From: Terriglobia bacterium
GTDB taxonomy: Bacteria; Acidobacteriota; Terriglobia; JAJPHL01; JAPKYU01
Assembly: GCA_965223005.1 (NCBI GenBank)
Contig: CBDCVK010000010.1
Location: 1,088,001 to 1,152,000, forward strand
Length of the DNA stretch: 64,000 nt
Direction of reading: 5' to 3'
The position numbers and the translations under genes are program-made. This document shows, one piece after another, positions 10,290 to 21,467 of this stretch (position 1 is its first letter; each line of letters opens with the position of its first letter). A model generated the notes under the pieces. It was not told the DNA's origin and did no database searches. It saw only the letters and a program-made list of their open reading frames with translations.

Positions 10290-11935
10290 GTGAACATCGT
10301 CCTGCTCATTGAAACGCTGGTAGTGGCCGTTGTCGTGGTGGTCACGCTGGCTGTTCCGCCGGGCCGCGGGCCGCGCTTCCGCGCCGTGAAGCGCAAATTG
10401 GGCCGCCTCACCCGCAGGCCCTACCTTTCCGTCCTGCTGGTGGGGCTGCTGGCCCTGGCTGGTCGTGCCGCTCTGCTGCCGGTGCTGGGCATCCCCGTGC
10501 CCGGCATCCACGACGAGTTCAGCTACTTGCTGGCCGCCGACACCTTCGCCTCCGGGCGGCTGACCAATCCGACCCACCCCATGTGGATGCACTTCGAGAG
10601 CATGCACATCATCCACCAGCCCACCTACCAGTCCATGTACCCGGTGGCCCAGGGGCTGGTGCTGGCTGCCGGCAAGCTGATTGGGCATCCCTGGGTGGGC
10701 ATCTGGCTGAGTGCCGCTGCCATGTGCGCCGCCATCTGCTGGATGCTGCAAGGCTGGCTGCCTGCTGGTTGGGCTCTGCTGGGTGGCCTGCTGGCCGTGA
10801 TCCGGCTGGGCCTGTTCAGCTACTGGATGAATAGCTACTGGGGCGGGGCGGCGGCGGCCGTCGGCGGGGCGCTAGTTCTGGGGGCCTTGCCGCGGCTGAA
10901 GCGCCGCCCGCGCTTGCGGTACGCCCTGCTGCTGGGATTGGGGTTGGCGATTCTGGCCAACAGCCGCCCCTACGAGGGTTTTATCCTGGCCTTGCCGGTG
11001 GCCGCTGCCCTTCTGGCCTGGGTAGTGGGCAAGAAGCGACCACCAAGAAAGGTCTTCGTCTCCCGCGTCTTCCTGCCGCTGTTCGTGATGCTGGTGCTGA
11101 CGGCCGCCGCTATGGGCTACTACTTTTACCGCGTCACCGGCAATCCCCTCCGCATGCCCTATCAAGTAAGCCTGGAGGCGTACGGCATGGCGCCGCATTT
11201 CGTGTGGCAATCTCCGCGGCCTGAGCCGGAATATCGCCACGCCCAGATCCGAGACTACTATGGAAGCTGGAGACGCGAGTGGTATGTGCCGACCGGCTCG
11301 CTCGGTGGCTTCCTCAGCACCGCCTTGGAAAAAATCGGCACGTTCCGTGCCTTCTTCCTGGGGGCCGCGCTAACTCTACCTCTGTTGATGCTCCCCTGGG
11401 TACTGTGGGACCGCCGCGTGCGCTTCCTGCTGCTCACTGGTGGCGTGATGATTTTGGGGCTGGCGTTACAGTCCTGGACCTTCCCCCACTATGTGGCCCC
11501 TGCCACTGCCTTAATCTACGCGTTGCTGCTGCAGTCAATGCGGCACCTGCGCGTTTTGCGTTGGCACCGCCGGCCCGTGGGGTCCTTCCTGGTGGGGGGG
11601 GCCTTGTGGTGTGCGCGGCCATGTTCGTAGTTCGTATCATCGCGCCGCCCGTCTACACCTTGCCGGTGCTCCTGTGGCCGCCCTCCTGGTGCTGCCCCGT
11701 CCCCGGCAACTTGCCCCGCGCCCGCATGCTAGAGCGTCTGACTCGCTCCGGAGGACGTCACCTGGTGATAGTGCACTACTGGCCCGACCACAACCCGCAT
11801 GAGGAGTGGGTCTACAACGAGGCAGACATTGACCGGGCCAAAGTGGTTTGGGCGCGGGAGATGGACCCGGCCAGCAACGAGGCCCTGATCCGCTACTTCG
11901 AAGACCGACAGGTAATACGGCTGGAGGTTCCCTAA
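10290..11935 (+). pseudogene. Multi-pass membrane GT-C-like glycosyltransferase, frameshifted at a G8 tract (11594-11601)
   Basis: [14 protein letters not shown] loop motif and many TM segments. ORF 10290..11630 continues in another frame (...GRHLVIVHY..HNPHEEWVYNEADIDRAKVVWAREM) to 11935. Confidence 0.7.
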
Positions 11936-11965
11936 CCCACATTCTTGGGGTTCAGGTCTGAACCG
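11862..11965. repeat. ~103-bp direct repeat, copy 1 (3' end of the GT-C gene plus downstream sequence)
   Basis: Nearly identical to 17493..17595. Confidence 0.9.
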
Positions 11966-13627
11966 TTAGGCCGCTCTCTTGGCTGGGCTGCACTGCTGCC
12001 TTGCTGCCTGACGGTCGACCCCCTAGGCAAGCATGGAGAGAAAGCGGGAGTTCCGGGAGCGTCTCCCAGCGGCACCACCGCCTCTCTGTGCCAGATCAAG
12101 TGGGTTATTCCGTGTACCCCGTGTTCTTTACCCCGGAACGCCGCGATCCGCCATCACACTGCAACACAGCTTACAACTCGTTAAGCTCTTTCTGCAGACA
12201 CTGCGCCCAGCCAGCCTGATACTCGGGATGAATCGTCTGGGCCAGAGAAAGAGCGGTCTGATACTCCAGACGCGCTTCCATCTTCCGTTTCTTTTGTGCC
12301 AGCACATAGCCCAGCGCATAGTGACTCTGAACGTTTCGGGGAGCCATGGCGACTGCCGTTCGAGCCTCCGTAAGCGCCTGGTCGAGGCGTTTGCTTCGCA
12401 CCAGTTCCCATGTCTTATTGATACGGCTCCTGGCTGACGCGAGCGCCACGTCAAAGCGTCCCTCGAAGACCAGGATAGAGCCCCCGATGGTATCTAGCGG
12501 CTGCGCCCTCCGGAACGGCTCATAAGGATTCAGTTCCCCCGGACCCCAGTATTGACCTGACAATTCGGTTCCGCTAATGAGGACGGTTCCTTGTATGATT
12601 TCTGGTATCACGTCCTGCTCTCTCTCCCGCACTGTCCCGAAGGCAGGAAGAAGCTTGCAGGGGATATCGTAGTAAGCTGGGTCTACCGTCCCGAAATAAG
12701 CGAACCAACACTGGGTGATGTGGTGCCGGTCGAGATACCGTTTCGCGGCCTTCAGCCCCTGACCCCAATCCACGTTGGAGTCGGCAAGAACCTTGTACGT
12801 ATTCGCTGGCCCGCCCCAAACCTCGTTCGAATAAGCCAGGTAGTTGGGGAATGAGCGGACCGACGAGATGGCGTGAAATAGGATGAGCGCCGCCACAATG
12901 TACGCCCAACGTCGGTGCTGCTTGGTTAGGCTCCACGCCCCCACGGCGGCGAAAACCAGAAGGAAGGGGTAGACGGGTAGGACATGTCGCAAGCCAATAT
13001 TAAGGCCTGAGGTCAGGCTCACCGCGAAGAACAGCGTGGGAGGAATTGTGACGAACAGCACTTCCCTCCGGATATCTTTGCGGCGGAGCGCTTTTGCGGT
13101 CAGCGTCAAGAAAAGCAGCAACAGCAATCCCAAAGTTGACTTGATGAGGAACGCAGCCGGGAAATAGAACCATTGGCCTCGGGGATAGATCTCTCCGAAC
13201 AGGAACGTAGGGCGCTCTTCTTCTATCATTACCTTGGCCAGCCCGTGAAGATATGACTCGGGAAGGGCCCGCCAACGCCACAGTGCCAGAATCACCTGAG
13301 ACTTCGCTGGACTCTTCAAATATTGTACGGGAGGGGTCGTCAGCCCGTGTGGTCTTGCTTGGAAGCGAAAGGCGTACAATCCCCACAGCACGGTCACGGC
13401 GATTGCCGTGATGAGCATCAGGGCAAGGGCCAAGTGCACTGTCTGTCGCTTGATGCTTTCCACTCTAATCAGCGCCCCTGGTTCCGGAACTGAGTTGGAG
13501 GAACGACCCATCAGCAACTCCGCGAGGGCCAGTGAACCGAGGATAGGAAACACCAGAATCCCGGAATGCTTCGCCGCCAAGGCCAGACCGGCAACAAGCC
13601 CACACTCTGCCAGTCGCCGCGTCGTGG

Positions 13628-15499
13628 GAGGGTGTCCTGAACTCAGTTGAAAGTTCGTAGCGGCGGTTCGGAGCCATCATACTACGCCACCTCCCGTCGA
13701 GTGGCCGACTTTGATCCTTTGCCCTGGACTGGGTAATTTAGACACTGAGGTTGGGAATTAACTACCCTGGTGTCATATGAACAAAAAACATCATCGTATT
13801 GCAGCTGACGTAAAAGCCGATATCCTACGCCGCGTCAAGGAAGAAGGCATCTCGGTGGCCCAGGCCGCCAAGGATCACGGTATTTCTGAAGGGACCATCT
13901 ATGGTTGGATGGTAAAAGGAGCAACCGGTGCCCCGCCGGGGCGGAGTTCTCCCGACTTCAGAAGCGAACAGAGAACTCCTGGAACTCGTGGGCGAGATCA
14001 CGCTCAAGCTCTCCATGACTCAAAAAAACAATTGAGCGAAGGAAGAAACAAATCAGCGCTTGCCCGAGCCCTTGGCATATCCCGCGCGAGCCTGTATTAC
14101 GTCCCAAGAATGAAGGAGAAGGACTGGCGCCTCAAGGTCCGCCTGGAAGAAGAGCTGCAGATCCATCCCTCCTACGGCTCCCGGCGAATTGCTACGGCAC
14201 TGGGACTCTGCCGCCAGCGGGCGCAGAGGGTCATGCGTCTGTTTGGCATCAAGCCCTACCGCAGGAGAGGCAGAAAATGGAGAAAATCCAAGGTTTCCCG
14301 GACCTATCCCAACCTCCTGCTCGCGGTCATGCCCGCATATGCAAACCACATCTGGGCAACGGACTTCACCGAGTTCGTGCAGCACGGAAAGAAGGTCTAT
14401 GTGGCGACCGTGATCGATCTCTACACCCGCCGGATCCTGGGAATCCAGGTTGCGGTGAGAAAGGGAGCCGCGCTCACCATTCAGGCGCTTTCCAACGCCC
14501 TGCTCCATCATCCGCGCCCGTCTATTCCACTCCGACAACGGGAGGGAGTATGACTCGATGGCGTTCACTGAAATCCTTGATGGATGCGGCATCGTGATTT
14601 CACGGAGCCGCCCGGGGTGCCCTTGGGAGAACGGATACCAGGAATCGTTCTACGACAAATTCAAGGTTGACCTGGGAGATCCGAACCGCTTCAAAACACT
14701 GGGGGAGCTAGTGGCGGAGATCTACCGCACTCTGTGGGACTACAACAACACGCGGATTCACTCCGCGCTCAACATGCCGCCTGTGGTATTCGCCAAACGG
14801 TATGCGTTAGTCGCGTAAAAAACTCTCAGAATCAGTGTCTAAAGAAATCAGTCCTTGACAGTTCAACAGACGTTCTAACTCGGCTGCGGCAGCCTCCATC
14901 GTTTCCCGGCTGACCGTGGAGCGCGACACACCCACGGTGTCCGCCATCTCCGGCAACACCCGCTGGTACTGCCGGGTCGAGACGCCCCGCAGCAAGATAT
15001 CCAACATCCGGGCCCCCAGACCCTCGCCCTCCTGCATGGCTTCGTAGGCCGGGAGGGGAACTTCTTTCCCCGCTCCCCGGCCTGGCCGCCGGAGCCGTGG
15101 CCTGTGCACGGCCAGCTTTCTCTCCTTCAGGCGCACCCGTCCCCGCTGGCGCCCATACCAGCCTACCCCACGGCGCCGCCGGCCCTGACGGCGTGGACCG
15201 GCCACCTGCGCGGCCGACAACTCCAGCACCGCTTCAATCGCCGCCCTACCCACCACGTCGATCAGCTCGTCGACGGCTAACCGCGATTGTTCGATCAACT
15301 CCACCCAGGGCAGCAGAAACTGCCCGTGGCGAGCCAGGTAGGCAGCCAGTTTGCGGGAGCTTCGGCTATCGCTCCGGCCTAGGATGTGGTAGCTTCTCTG
15401 CACGGCGGTTCCCCTTTCCAGAAAGTTTCCCAACCCGATTCTACGGAACCAGGTCAGCGAACCGCCGCTCGACTTTCAACTAAAGGTGAGACACTCTCC
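13628..15499 (-). mobile_element. IS256-family element, internally deleted and carrying a nested IS3
   Basis: Imperfect terminal IRs GAGGGTGTCCTGAACTCAGTTGAAAG / GAGAGTGTCTCACCTTTAGTTGAAAG; flanking duplication CGTCGTGG (7-9 bp depending on end choice). The transposase N-terminus 15433->14861 (LLRGVSTR, GVSRSTVSR) survives, plus only the last ~12 codons near 13682-13719. Confidence 0.85.
13720..14860 (+). mobile_element. IS3-family element with frameshifted transposase
   Basis: TG...CA ends with IRs TGCCCTGGACTGGGTAATTTAGACACTGA / TGTCAAGGACTGATTTCTTTAGACACTGA. HTH orfA; orfB YGSRRI, WATDFT, (H)SDNGREY, PWENGYQESF, YNNTRIHSAL; extra frameshifts near 13940 and 14525. Confidence 0.88.
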
Positions 15500-16194
15500 C
15501 GTCGTGGGGCTCTTGATATAGCGATAAAACGCATAAACTGCGGCAAACAGACAGAAGGTTTGAGCCATGTCCGTGGTGACTAGAGCACCATGCGCAAGAA
15601 TATTGGGATCAAAGACGACGAGGGCCAAGGCCAGGAACGCTGGCCCGCGCCCGAACATCAGGTAGGTGGCCTCAAACACCAGAACGGCTACGAGGAGCGT
15701 AAACGCGCTCCCTGCCATACGCGCTCTGAAAAGCAGTGCATCGGCATCGGTGGTGTAGAGAAATTTGCGCCCGCCGAGGTATTCGTCCCCAGCAGCTATC
15801 GTCGGCGCTTGCAGAGAAAGGTAAAGCAGTGGCAAGCTTGCCACCCATTTGGCCAGAGGCGGGTGCTCGGGATTGATTCCGAAATCTTGTGCTCGCCAGA
15901 AGCGGTAACCTGCCAGGAGATGGTAGGCCTCGTCGTAGGTCTGGGACTGCCCCTTTACGGACAGCGCCAGCTCAGCCATCAGGACTCCCGCCAAGCAGAC
16001 CACGCCTAGGATCAGAACCCGTCGGGATCGTGCACAAGATGCCATGCTGGTCCCCGGAGGGTTGTCCTGCCAGAATGCTGGCACGGCCAGCAGTTGGACT
16101 GCTCCAAGATTTTTATCGAAGCAGGTTGACCCAAGGAAACTGCCGGTTTGTCCCTTGCGCCAATCGCCCCCTGCCGCAGGTTCAATATTGGGAA

Positions 16195-17292
16195 CTAGTG
16201 GAAAAACAGCACCTTGGTGTGTACTGCACTAACATGCATATTGAACCTTTCGACGTCCTTGGCGTGAATCTGGTAACTCGGCTCGATCCCTTTGACGATC
16301 GCGGGAATCACCTTCGCGTCATCGGCCAAGTGGTAAGAGCAGATTGCCATCCTCGGCTTGAATCGCGCGATTGTACTGCCGGCCCCTCGAAGCGCACGGC
16401 GTTCCGAGCCTTCGATATCCATCTTGATGAAGTCCACACGATCCAATTCGAGCTCCTTGACGATTTCGTCCAAAGGCAGCACCGGCAAGCCCTCAATCCT
16501 CCTAGCCTTTGTCGATTCCCTCAAGAAACTCTTCATGCCAGAATTCCACTCGTCGGACTCCCGAAGCGTGAGATGCGTTTTCCTGTCCCAGACCCCGGCC
16601 TTGACCACCGTCACTCTAGCATCGGCAATCTCCTGAGCCAAGTTGGATCCCAGGCAGGCTCGGTTGGTGGGATCGGGCTCAATGGCAATGACTCGGCCCG
16701 CCCCACGCTGCAAAGCATACCTGGCAAACACCCCCACGTGTGCTCCACAGTCAATCACGGTATCGCCGGGGCGGATCACCACCTCTCTGCTCTCGTAGAC
16801 CCTCTGGACCTTCATCTCCCATACAAGCCCCATCAGGAGATTCTTTCCCGGGGCAGTCAACCAGAACCTGCCCAGTTCGGTCTCATAAAGCTCCCAGTCT
16901 CGGCCCTCCACTCCTTTTTCTCTAAGCAGTTTGGTCCTCCCCGCGACCCTTGGGTCCGGCTTCTCCAGGGTGACACAGGGAGCATAAACACTCCGATTGA
17001 TATCCTTCCATCCCACGTAAGAAAGATGCCCGGCGAGCTTTCCGTAGACAATCCTCCCCCTCCACCATACCGAGCAGGCATCGAGGCTGGACCACATCAG
17101 CCCTGTGGCCAGCATCACCGCCGCCAGCGCCCAGGCTTTCCACCCGCGGCTGGACCAGATCAGGCCGGCGGCGCCAACCAAGCTCATCAGCAAGAGCGTG
17201 TCGTGGATGCCCCCGATCCCCCCGGCGGTCGCAACCAGCGCCGCCAGCACCAAGGCTGCCTGTCGGCGTCGACGGACGGTTAGGTTTGGCAA
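16195..17292 (-). CDS. FkbM family methyltransferase with N-terminal membrane anchor
   Basis: VIDCGAHVG, IAIEPDP, DFIKMDIEGSE, ICSYH. Confidence 0.9.
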   Translation of the reverse strand: MPNLTVRRRRQAALVLAALVATAGGIGGIHDTLLLMSLVGAAGLIWSSRGWKAWALAAVMLATGLMWSSLDACSVWWRGRIVYGKLAGHLSYVGWKDINRSVYAPCVTLEKPDPRVAGRTKLLREKGVEGRDWELYETELGRFWLTAPGKNLLMGLVWEMKVQRVYESREVVIRPGDTVIDCGAHVGVFARYALQRGAGRVIAIEPDPTNRACLGSNLAQEIADARVTVVKAGVWDRKTHLTLRESDEWNSGMKSFLRESTKARRIEGLPVLPLDEIVKELELDRVDFIKMDIEGSERRALRGAGSTIARFKPRMAICSYHLADDAKVIPAIVKGIEPSYQIHAKDVERFNMHVSAVHTKVLFFH

Positions 17293-17492
17293 AGTAGTTA
17301 CCCTGAGTACGCCCTATTGTGATCTATTCTTAGCGAAAAGCCAAAGCACCTTGCCGAACTGTTCGCACCATGGGTGCCGGCGAGTTACCGCCTTTTCACC
17401 AGCAATGCCGGATGGTCCTTCCTACCGCCCCTTTGTTTACCGAACTCGTCCAGTGGACGTATAGTCGGCTTACCGGACAAGTGCCTGCCTGG

Positions 17493-17595
17493 TGGACCCG
17501 GCCAGCAACGAGGCCCTGATCCGCTACTTCGAGGACCGACAGGTAATACTGCTGGAGGTTCCCTAACCCACATTCTTGGGGTCAGGTCTGAACCG
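17493..17595. repeat. ~103-bp direct repeat, copy 2
   Basis: Matches 11862..11965 with two substitutions and one indel. Confidence 0.9.
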
Positions 17596-17778
17596 CTGCT
17601 GCTGGTCCAGGGCGTCAGCCCGAGAACGGTTATGGAGATACTTGGCCACAGCCAAATCCAAGTGACCTTCGACACGTACGCTCACGTGCTGCCTATTACG
17701 CACCGAGAAGCGATGGATAAGATGGACGAGATTCTGTCTGTGTCCGATGATGGTGTGGCCAGACTCAACGGATCCTGA
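17596..17778 (+). pseudogene. C-terminal fragment of a tyrosine integrase
   Basis: LLLVQGVSPRTVMEILGHSQIQVTFDTYAHV (LGH...Y box II), pointing toward the tRNA 3' end; a GGCTGTCAA direct repeat at 17864-17884 resembles arm sites. Confidence 0.8.
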
Positions 17779-17930
17779 ACCTGACAGTCGGAGTTATCGC
17801 TTCCCGCGCCTTTGAGGGATGATCTAGCTTCCAGAGCGTTCGTTCAGCCCGATTTCCATTTGGGGCTGTCAATTTGGCTGTCAAACAGAGGATGCTGTGC
17901 GACCAACCAACACTAAATAGTTGAGAATAA

Positions 17931-18005
17931 TGGAGCCGACGGGGGGACTTGAACCCCCAACCCCCTGATTACGAATCAGGTGCTCTACCATTGAGCTACA
18001 TCGGC
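17931..18005 (-). tRNA. tRNA-Thr (anticodon CGT)
   Basis: GCCGATG/CGTCGGC acceptor stem, CCTGA-TTCGTAA-TCAGG anticodon arm, GGGGG-TTCAAGT-CCCCC T arm, encoded CCA. Confidence 0.97.
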
Positions 18006-18062
18006 CTTTGTTTCCTTGCGGTTACGAAGAGCTAGCCTGGTTCTGACCCCTTTACCTAACAT

Positions 18063-18745
18063 ATGGAGAACCTATGGCGGCAGTTCGTACAGGAAAGAGT
18101 ATATCTCAACAACGTCAGCCCTAGAACCGCCGAGTGGTACGGATGGGTGGAGAAGGCTTTCTCGCCTTACGTGGGCAAGTTCTGTGCGTCTGATGGGACT
18201 TCCAAAGAGGTCTTGAAGGAAGCCATCATTCGGATGCGGGAGAAGGGCCTGGACCCGGTTACCATCGCCGGCTACATCCGGGGCCTGAACGCCTTCCTCA
18301 GGTGGGGCCACACCGACGGACACTTTAAGGAACTGCTTGTGATTCCAGTTCCCAGGTGTGAACAGAAGCTCGTCTTACCCTTGACTCCCGAGCACGTCCA
18401 GCGGTTTCTCAAATGGAAACCTGTCCACGGTTCACAGCGCCGGACATTTGTCTTGGTTTGCCTTCTCCTCGACACAGGGATGAGGATTTCAGAAGCCATT
18501 GATCTGCGGAGGGCGGACCTGAACCTCGATGACCTGCTTATCAAGGTGAAGGGCAAGGGCGGGAAGCATCGGCAGGTGCCAATGTCATTTGAGTTGCGGA
18601 AGATACTCTTCCGGTATCTTCAGAAGCATCCGTTTGACTTGGTGTTCGCCACGAGGCATGGAACCAGGTTGACCAGGCGCAACGCTACAAGGGACCTCTA
18701 CAAGCTCTGTGACCGGCTAAGAATACCCAGAAGGGGCTTCCATAC
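18063..18745 (+). pseudogene. Tyrosine recombinase/integrase (XerC/D-like), truncated at the HxxR motif
   Basis: LLDTGMRISEA and KGKGGKHRQVP are present. Homology stops at GFHT with no LRH, LGH or catalytic Tyr, and the ORF reads on to 19067 across the antisense of the next gene. Confidence 0.85.
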
Positions 18746-19830
18746 TGGCCTTTTCTTCGACGGTGACGGATTTCACCTGGCAGGCAGAACTGGGAGTGCG
18801 GCTCGAATCAGGCGGTCAGGAATTGGACGCCGCAGGAAAACGCATTCCATCCCGGCAGAGGAACAGCACGCACAATCAAGGAGCGCGTTTCGATCCCACC
18901 GCTATCGGGAAGGCTTGGATCGTAGGGCATCTTCACCCAGACGACTTCGCGAGGGTCGTATTGCCGAGTGCTTTCAAAGCCGATACCACCCTGAGAGACA
19001 TTCACTGGTTCCAGCACTTCCATCTCTGAGCCGGACTCTCGGCGGATGCGAACTCGCGTTTTCATAGCCATCCGGCGGTACCTGCGATGCTCCTTTGTGC
19101 CTACTAGCTCGGTGTCCAACCCTTCTTCAGCCGTAGACACCTCGAAAGAGGGCGCTGCCACGCGTACAGCCACACCTTTGCTCTTGGTTGAGTAATACAA
19201 ACTTGTGAGCATTAGGATCGGCGGAATTCCTGAAACTATCACCATGAACCAAGCCCAAGGAGGGGTGCCGGGTGTCAAGAGATTCTTTCCCCCTCCATCA
19301 GATACTTTTCGGTGATTAAAGCTTTCGACTACAACATGCTGCATGAAACCGCCCATTTGTTCCGTGTGATAGCGGATATGCACTTCACTCCACCAGAGCT
19401 GAGAAAAGTACTCTTCCGCGCTCACTTCAACGTCCTTAGTGAATCCATCAAATCGAAATGTTAAATAATAGCGTGCAGCACCTATTACGGGAGGCCGTGT
19501 GTCTCCGAACTTGGAGAAGACTATACCAGTAGTGCTCTGAGAGGGGGAAACATGCCAGCCGAAAAGAACGAAGAGGCAAACAAGGGTAGCTGTAGTGCTC
19601 GCAAGAACCCCCCAGAATTGCAGCAAATCTAGCTCAGATAAGAAATCATGACCAATGGCGGCAGTTGTAAAAGAGAGGCATAGAAGACCAAGCAGTACAG
19701 CCGCGAGAGCAGACCAGTGGAAGGAAAAAACCAAAGAAAATAAGCCAAATAGGTAAGCAAGGCTCGACCCAGCTACGAATTCCGCAGTCACCAGCACCCA
19801 AAACTGGAAGTCAGAAGCTTTTCCTTCTAG

Positions 19831-21170
19831 CAGGATGCTGAAAAAGTCCCTGGGCGACCTCTTACGAACAAAATATAAATGAGTATAATTGTTCTCATTA
19901 TGCGAGGACACGATCTGCACCAAGACGCGATGTTCAGCTACCTGAGCCCCGAGCAACGGGTGCCCCAGGATCATCCGTTGCGGCCGATACGCCGCATGAC
20001 CGACCAAGCACTGCAACGGCTTTCGCCGCGGTTCGAGCGGATGTATGCTGACATCGGTCGCCCCTCGATCGCCCCGGAGAAGCTGCTGCGGGCCTTGCTG
20101 CTGCAGGTGCTCTACACCATCCGCAGCGAACGGATGCTGCTGGAGCAACTCGATTACAACCTCCTGTTCCGGTGGTTTGTGGGACTGAACATGGATGACG
20201 CGGTGTGGGTGCCGACGGTGTTCAGCAAGAACCGGGACCGGCTGCTGGAGGGGGCCGTCGCCGAGGCATTCTTTGACGAGGTGTTGCGCGAGGCGGGCGA
20301 GCAGGAGTTGCTGTCGGAGGAGCACTTCACGGTGGACGGGACGCTGCTGGAGGCGTGGGCGAGCCAGAAGAGCTTTCAGAGGAAGGACGCGCCGGAGGGG
20401 CCGCCGCCGGAGGATCCGGGCAATCCCACGGTGGACTTCCACAAAGAGAAGCGGACCAACGAAACGCACCAGTCGACGACAGACCCGGACGCTCGGCTGG
20501 CCCGGAAGGGCAAAGGCAAGGAGGCCAAGCTGAGCTACGTCGGGCACGTGCTGATGGAGAACCGCAACGGGCTGGTGGTGAATGTGCGGCTGACCCAGGC
20601 CACCGGCACCGCCGAGCGGGAAGCGGCCGTGGAGATGGTGGACGACATTCCGGGCCCGAAGCAGGTGACGGTGGGTGCCGACAAGAACTACGACGCCGAA
20701 GCGATGGTGCAGCAGTTGCGGGAACGGAAGGCCACGCCGCACGTGGCGCAGAACCAGGAACGGCGGCGCAGTGCCATCGACAGCCGGACCACACGGCACC
20801 CGGGTTACCAGATCAGCCAGAGAGCGCGGAAGAAGGTGGAAGAGAGTTTCGGATGGATGAAGACGGTCGGGTTGCTGCGGAAGCTGCGGCATCGGGGCCT
20901 GGAGCGCGTCGGCTGGATCTTCACCTTTACGGCTGCCGCCTTCAACCTGGTCCGGATTCGCAACTTGGTGATCGGGGCCGTCCCGCCGCGGGTAGTGGGC
21001 CCAGGGGCCGCCTGAGGAGGAGTGTGTCCAAAGGACGAAAAAGGGCTGGGAAAGGCAAAAGACAAGGCCCCAAAGGGCCAATAGCGAGGTTCACTACGAA
21101 CCGAACGGCTCAAAGAAAATTCCCACAGGATAAACGCTACTGAATTTTTTGGCCCTTTTTCAGCACCCTG
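19831..21170 (+). mobile_element. IS5-family insertion sequence, apparently intact
   Basis: IRs CAGGATGCTGAAAAAG / CAGGGTGCTGAAAAAG; CTAG target duplication at 19827-19830 and 21171-21174. Confidence 0.93.
19879..21015 (+). CDS. IS5-family DDE transposase
   Basis: GRPSIAPEKLLRALLLQ, FTVDGTL, VGADKNYD, RKKVEESFGWMK; likely start at 19899 (MRGHD). Confidence 0.93.
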   Translation: MSIIVLIMRGHDLHQDAMFSYLSPEQRVPQDHPLRPIRRMTDQALQRLSPRFERMYADIGRPSIAPEKLLRALLLQVLYTIRSERMLLEQLDYNLLFRWFVGLNMDDAVWVPTVFSKNRDRLLEGAVAEAFFDEVLREAGEQELLSEEHFTVDGTLLEAWASQKSFQRKDAPEGPPPEDPGNPTVDFHKEKRTNETHQSTTDPDARLARKGKGKEAKLSYVGHVLMENRNGLVVNVRLTQATGTAEREAAVEMVDDIPGPKQVTVGADKNYDAEAMVQQLRERKATPHVAQNQERRRSAIDSRTTRHPGYQISQRARKKVEESFGWMKTVGLLRKLRHRGLERVGWIFTFTAAAFNLVRIRNLVIGAVPPRVVGPGAA

Positions 21171-21467
21171 CTAGAGTCTTCATGTTGGTTTCGCTGGCAA
21201 GCTCCTTCAGCTTTCTGCTCGGGGCAGGAACCAGCCGTGGAAACAGTGTCGTTGTACGTCGCGAAACCTTCAAGCAGAGTCATGGACTTGGTTACATCCA
21301 AGACACTTCCTAAGCTCAGTGCTCGAAGCAAGCGAATGCTGAATCTGCTGCTTCAAGACTGACCACCAGGAACGCCCCCGTCACCTTGCTTCCTGACTGG
21401 TGGCCTGGTCTTCTTCGCACCAATTTCTCTTGAAACTCTATCCCAAACAGATTAGGATAAATGTGAA

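Larger units (their letters stand above)
12171..16084 (-). pseudogene. ArnT/PMT-like (GT-C, phospholipid-carrier-dependent) glycosyltransferase split by IS256
   Basis: 5' part has SQTYDEAYHL, NPEHPPLAK and HGALVTTD. 3' part has AAKHSG, GLNIGLRHVLP, DSNVDWGQ and a C-terminal TPR. Removing the IS rejoins YRYIKSPTT-RRLAECGLVAGLALAAKHSG in frame. Confidence 0.85.
18808..21183 (-). pseudogene. Membrane protein with C-terminal PilZ domain, interrupted near codon 4 by IS5
   Basis: Removing the IS and one CTAG gives ATG AAG ACT CTA GAA GGA (MKTLEGKASDFQFW...). Several TM helices; RRYRR...NVSQGG PilZ motifs. Confidence 0.75.

Noticed and set aside
18808-21081. 757-aa ORF as a single protein
   Set aside because: The first ~415 aa are the antisense of the IS5 element; only the part below 19830 is the real PilZ membrane gene.
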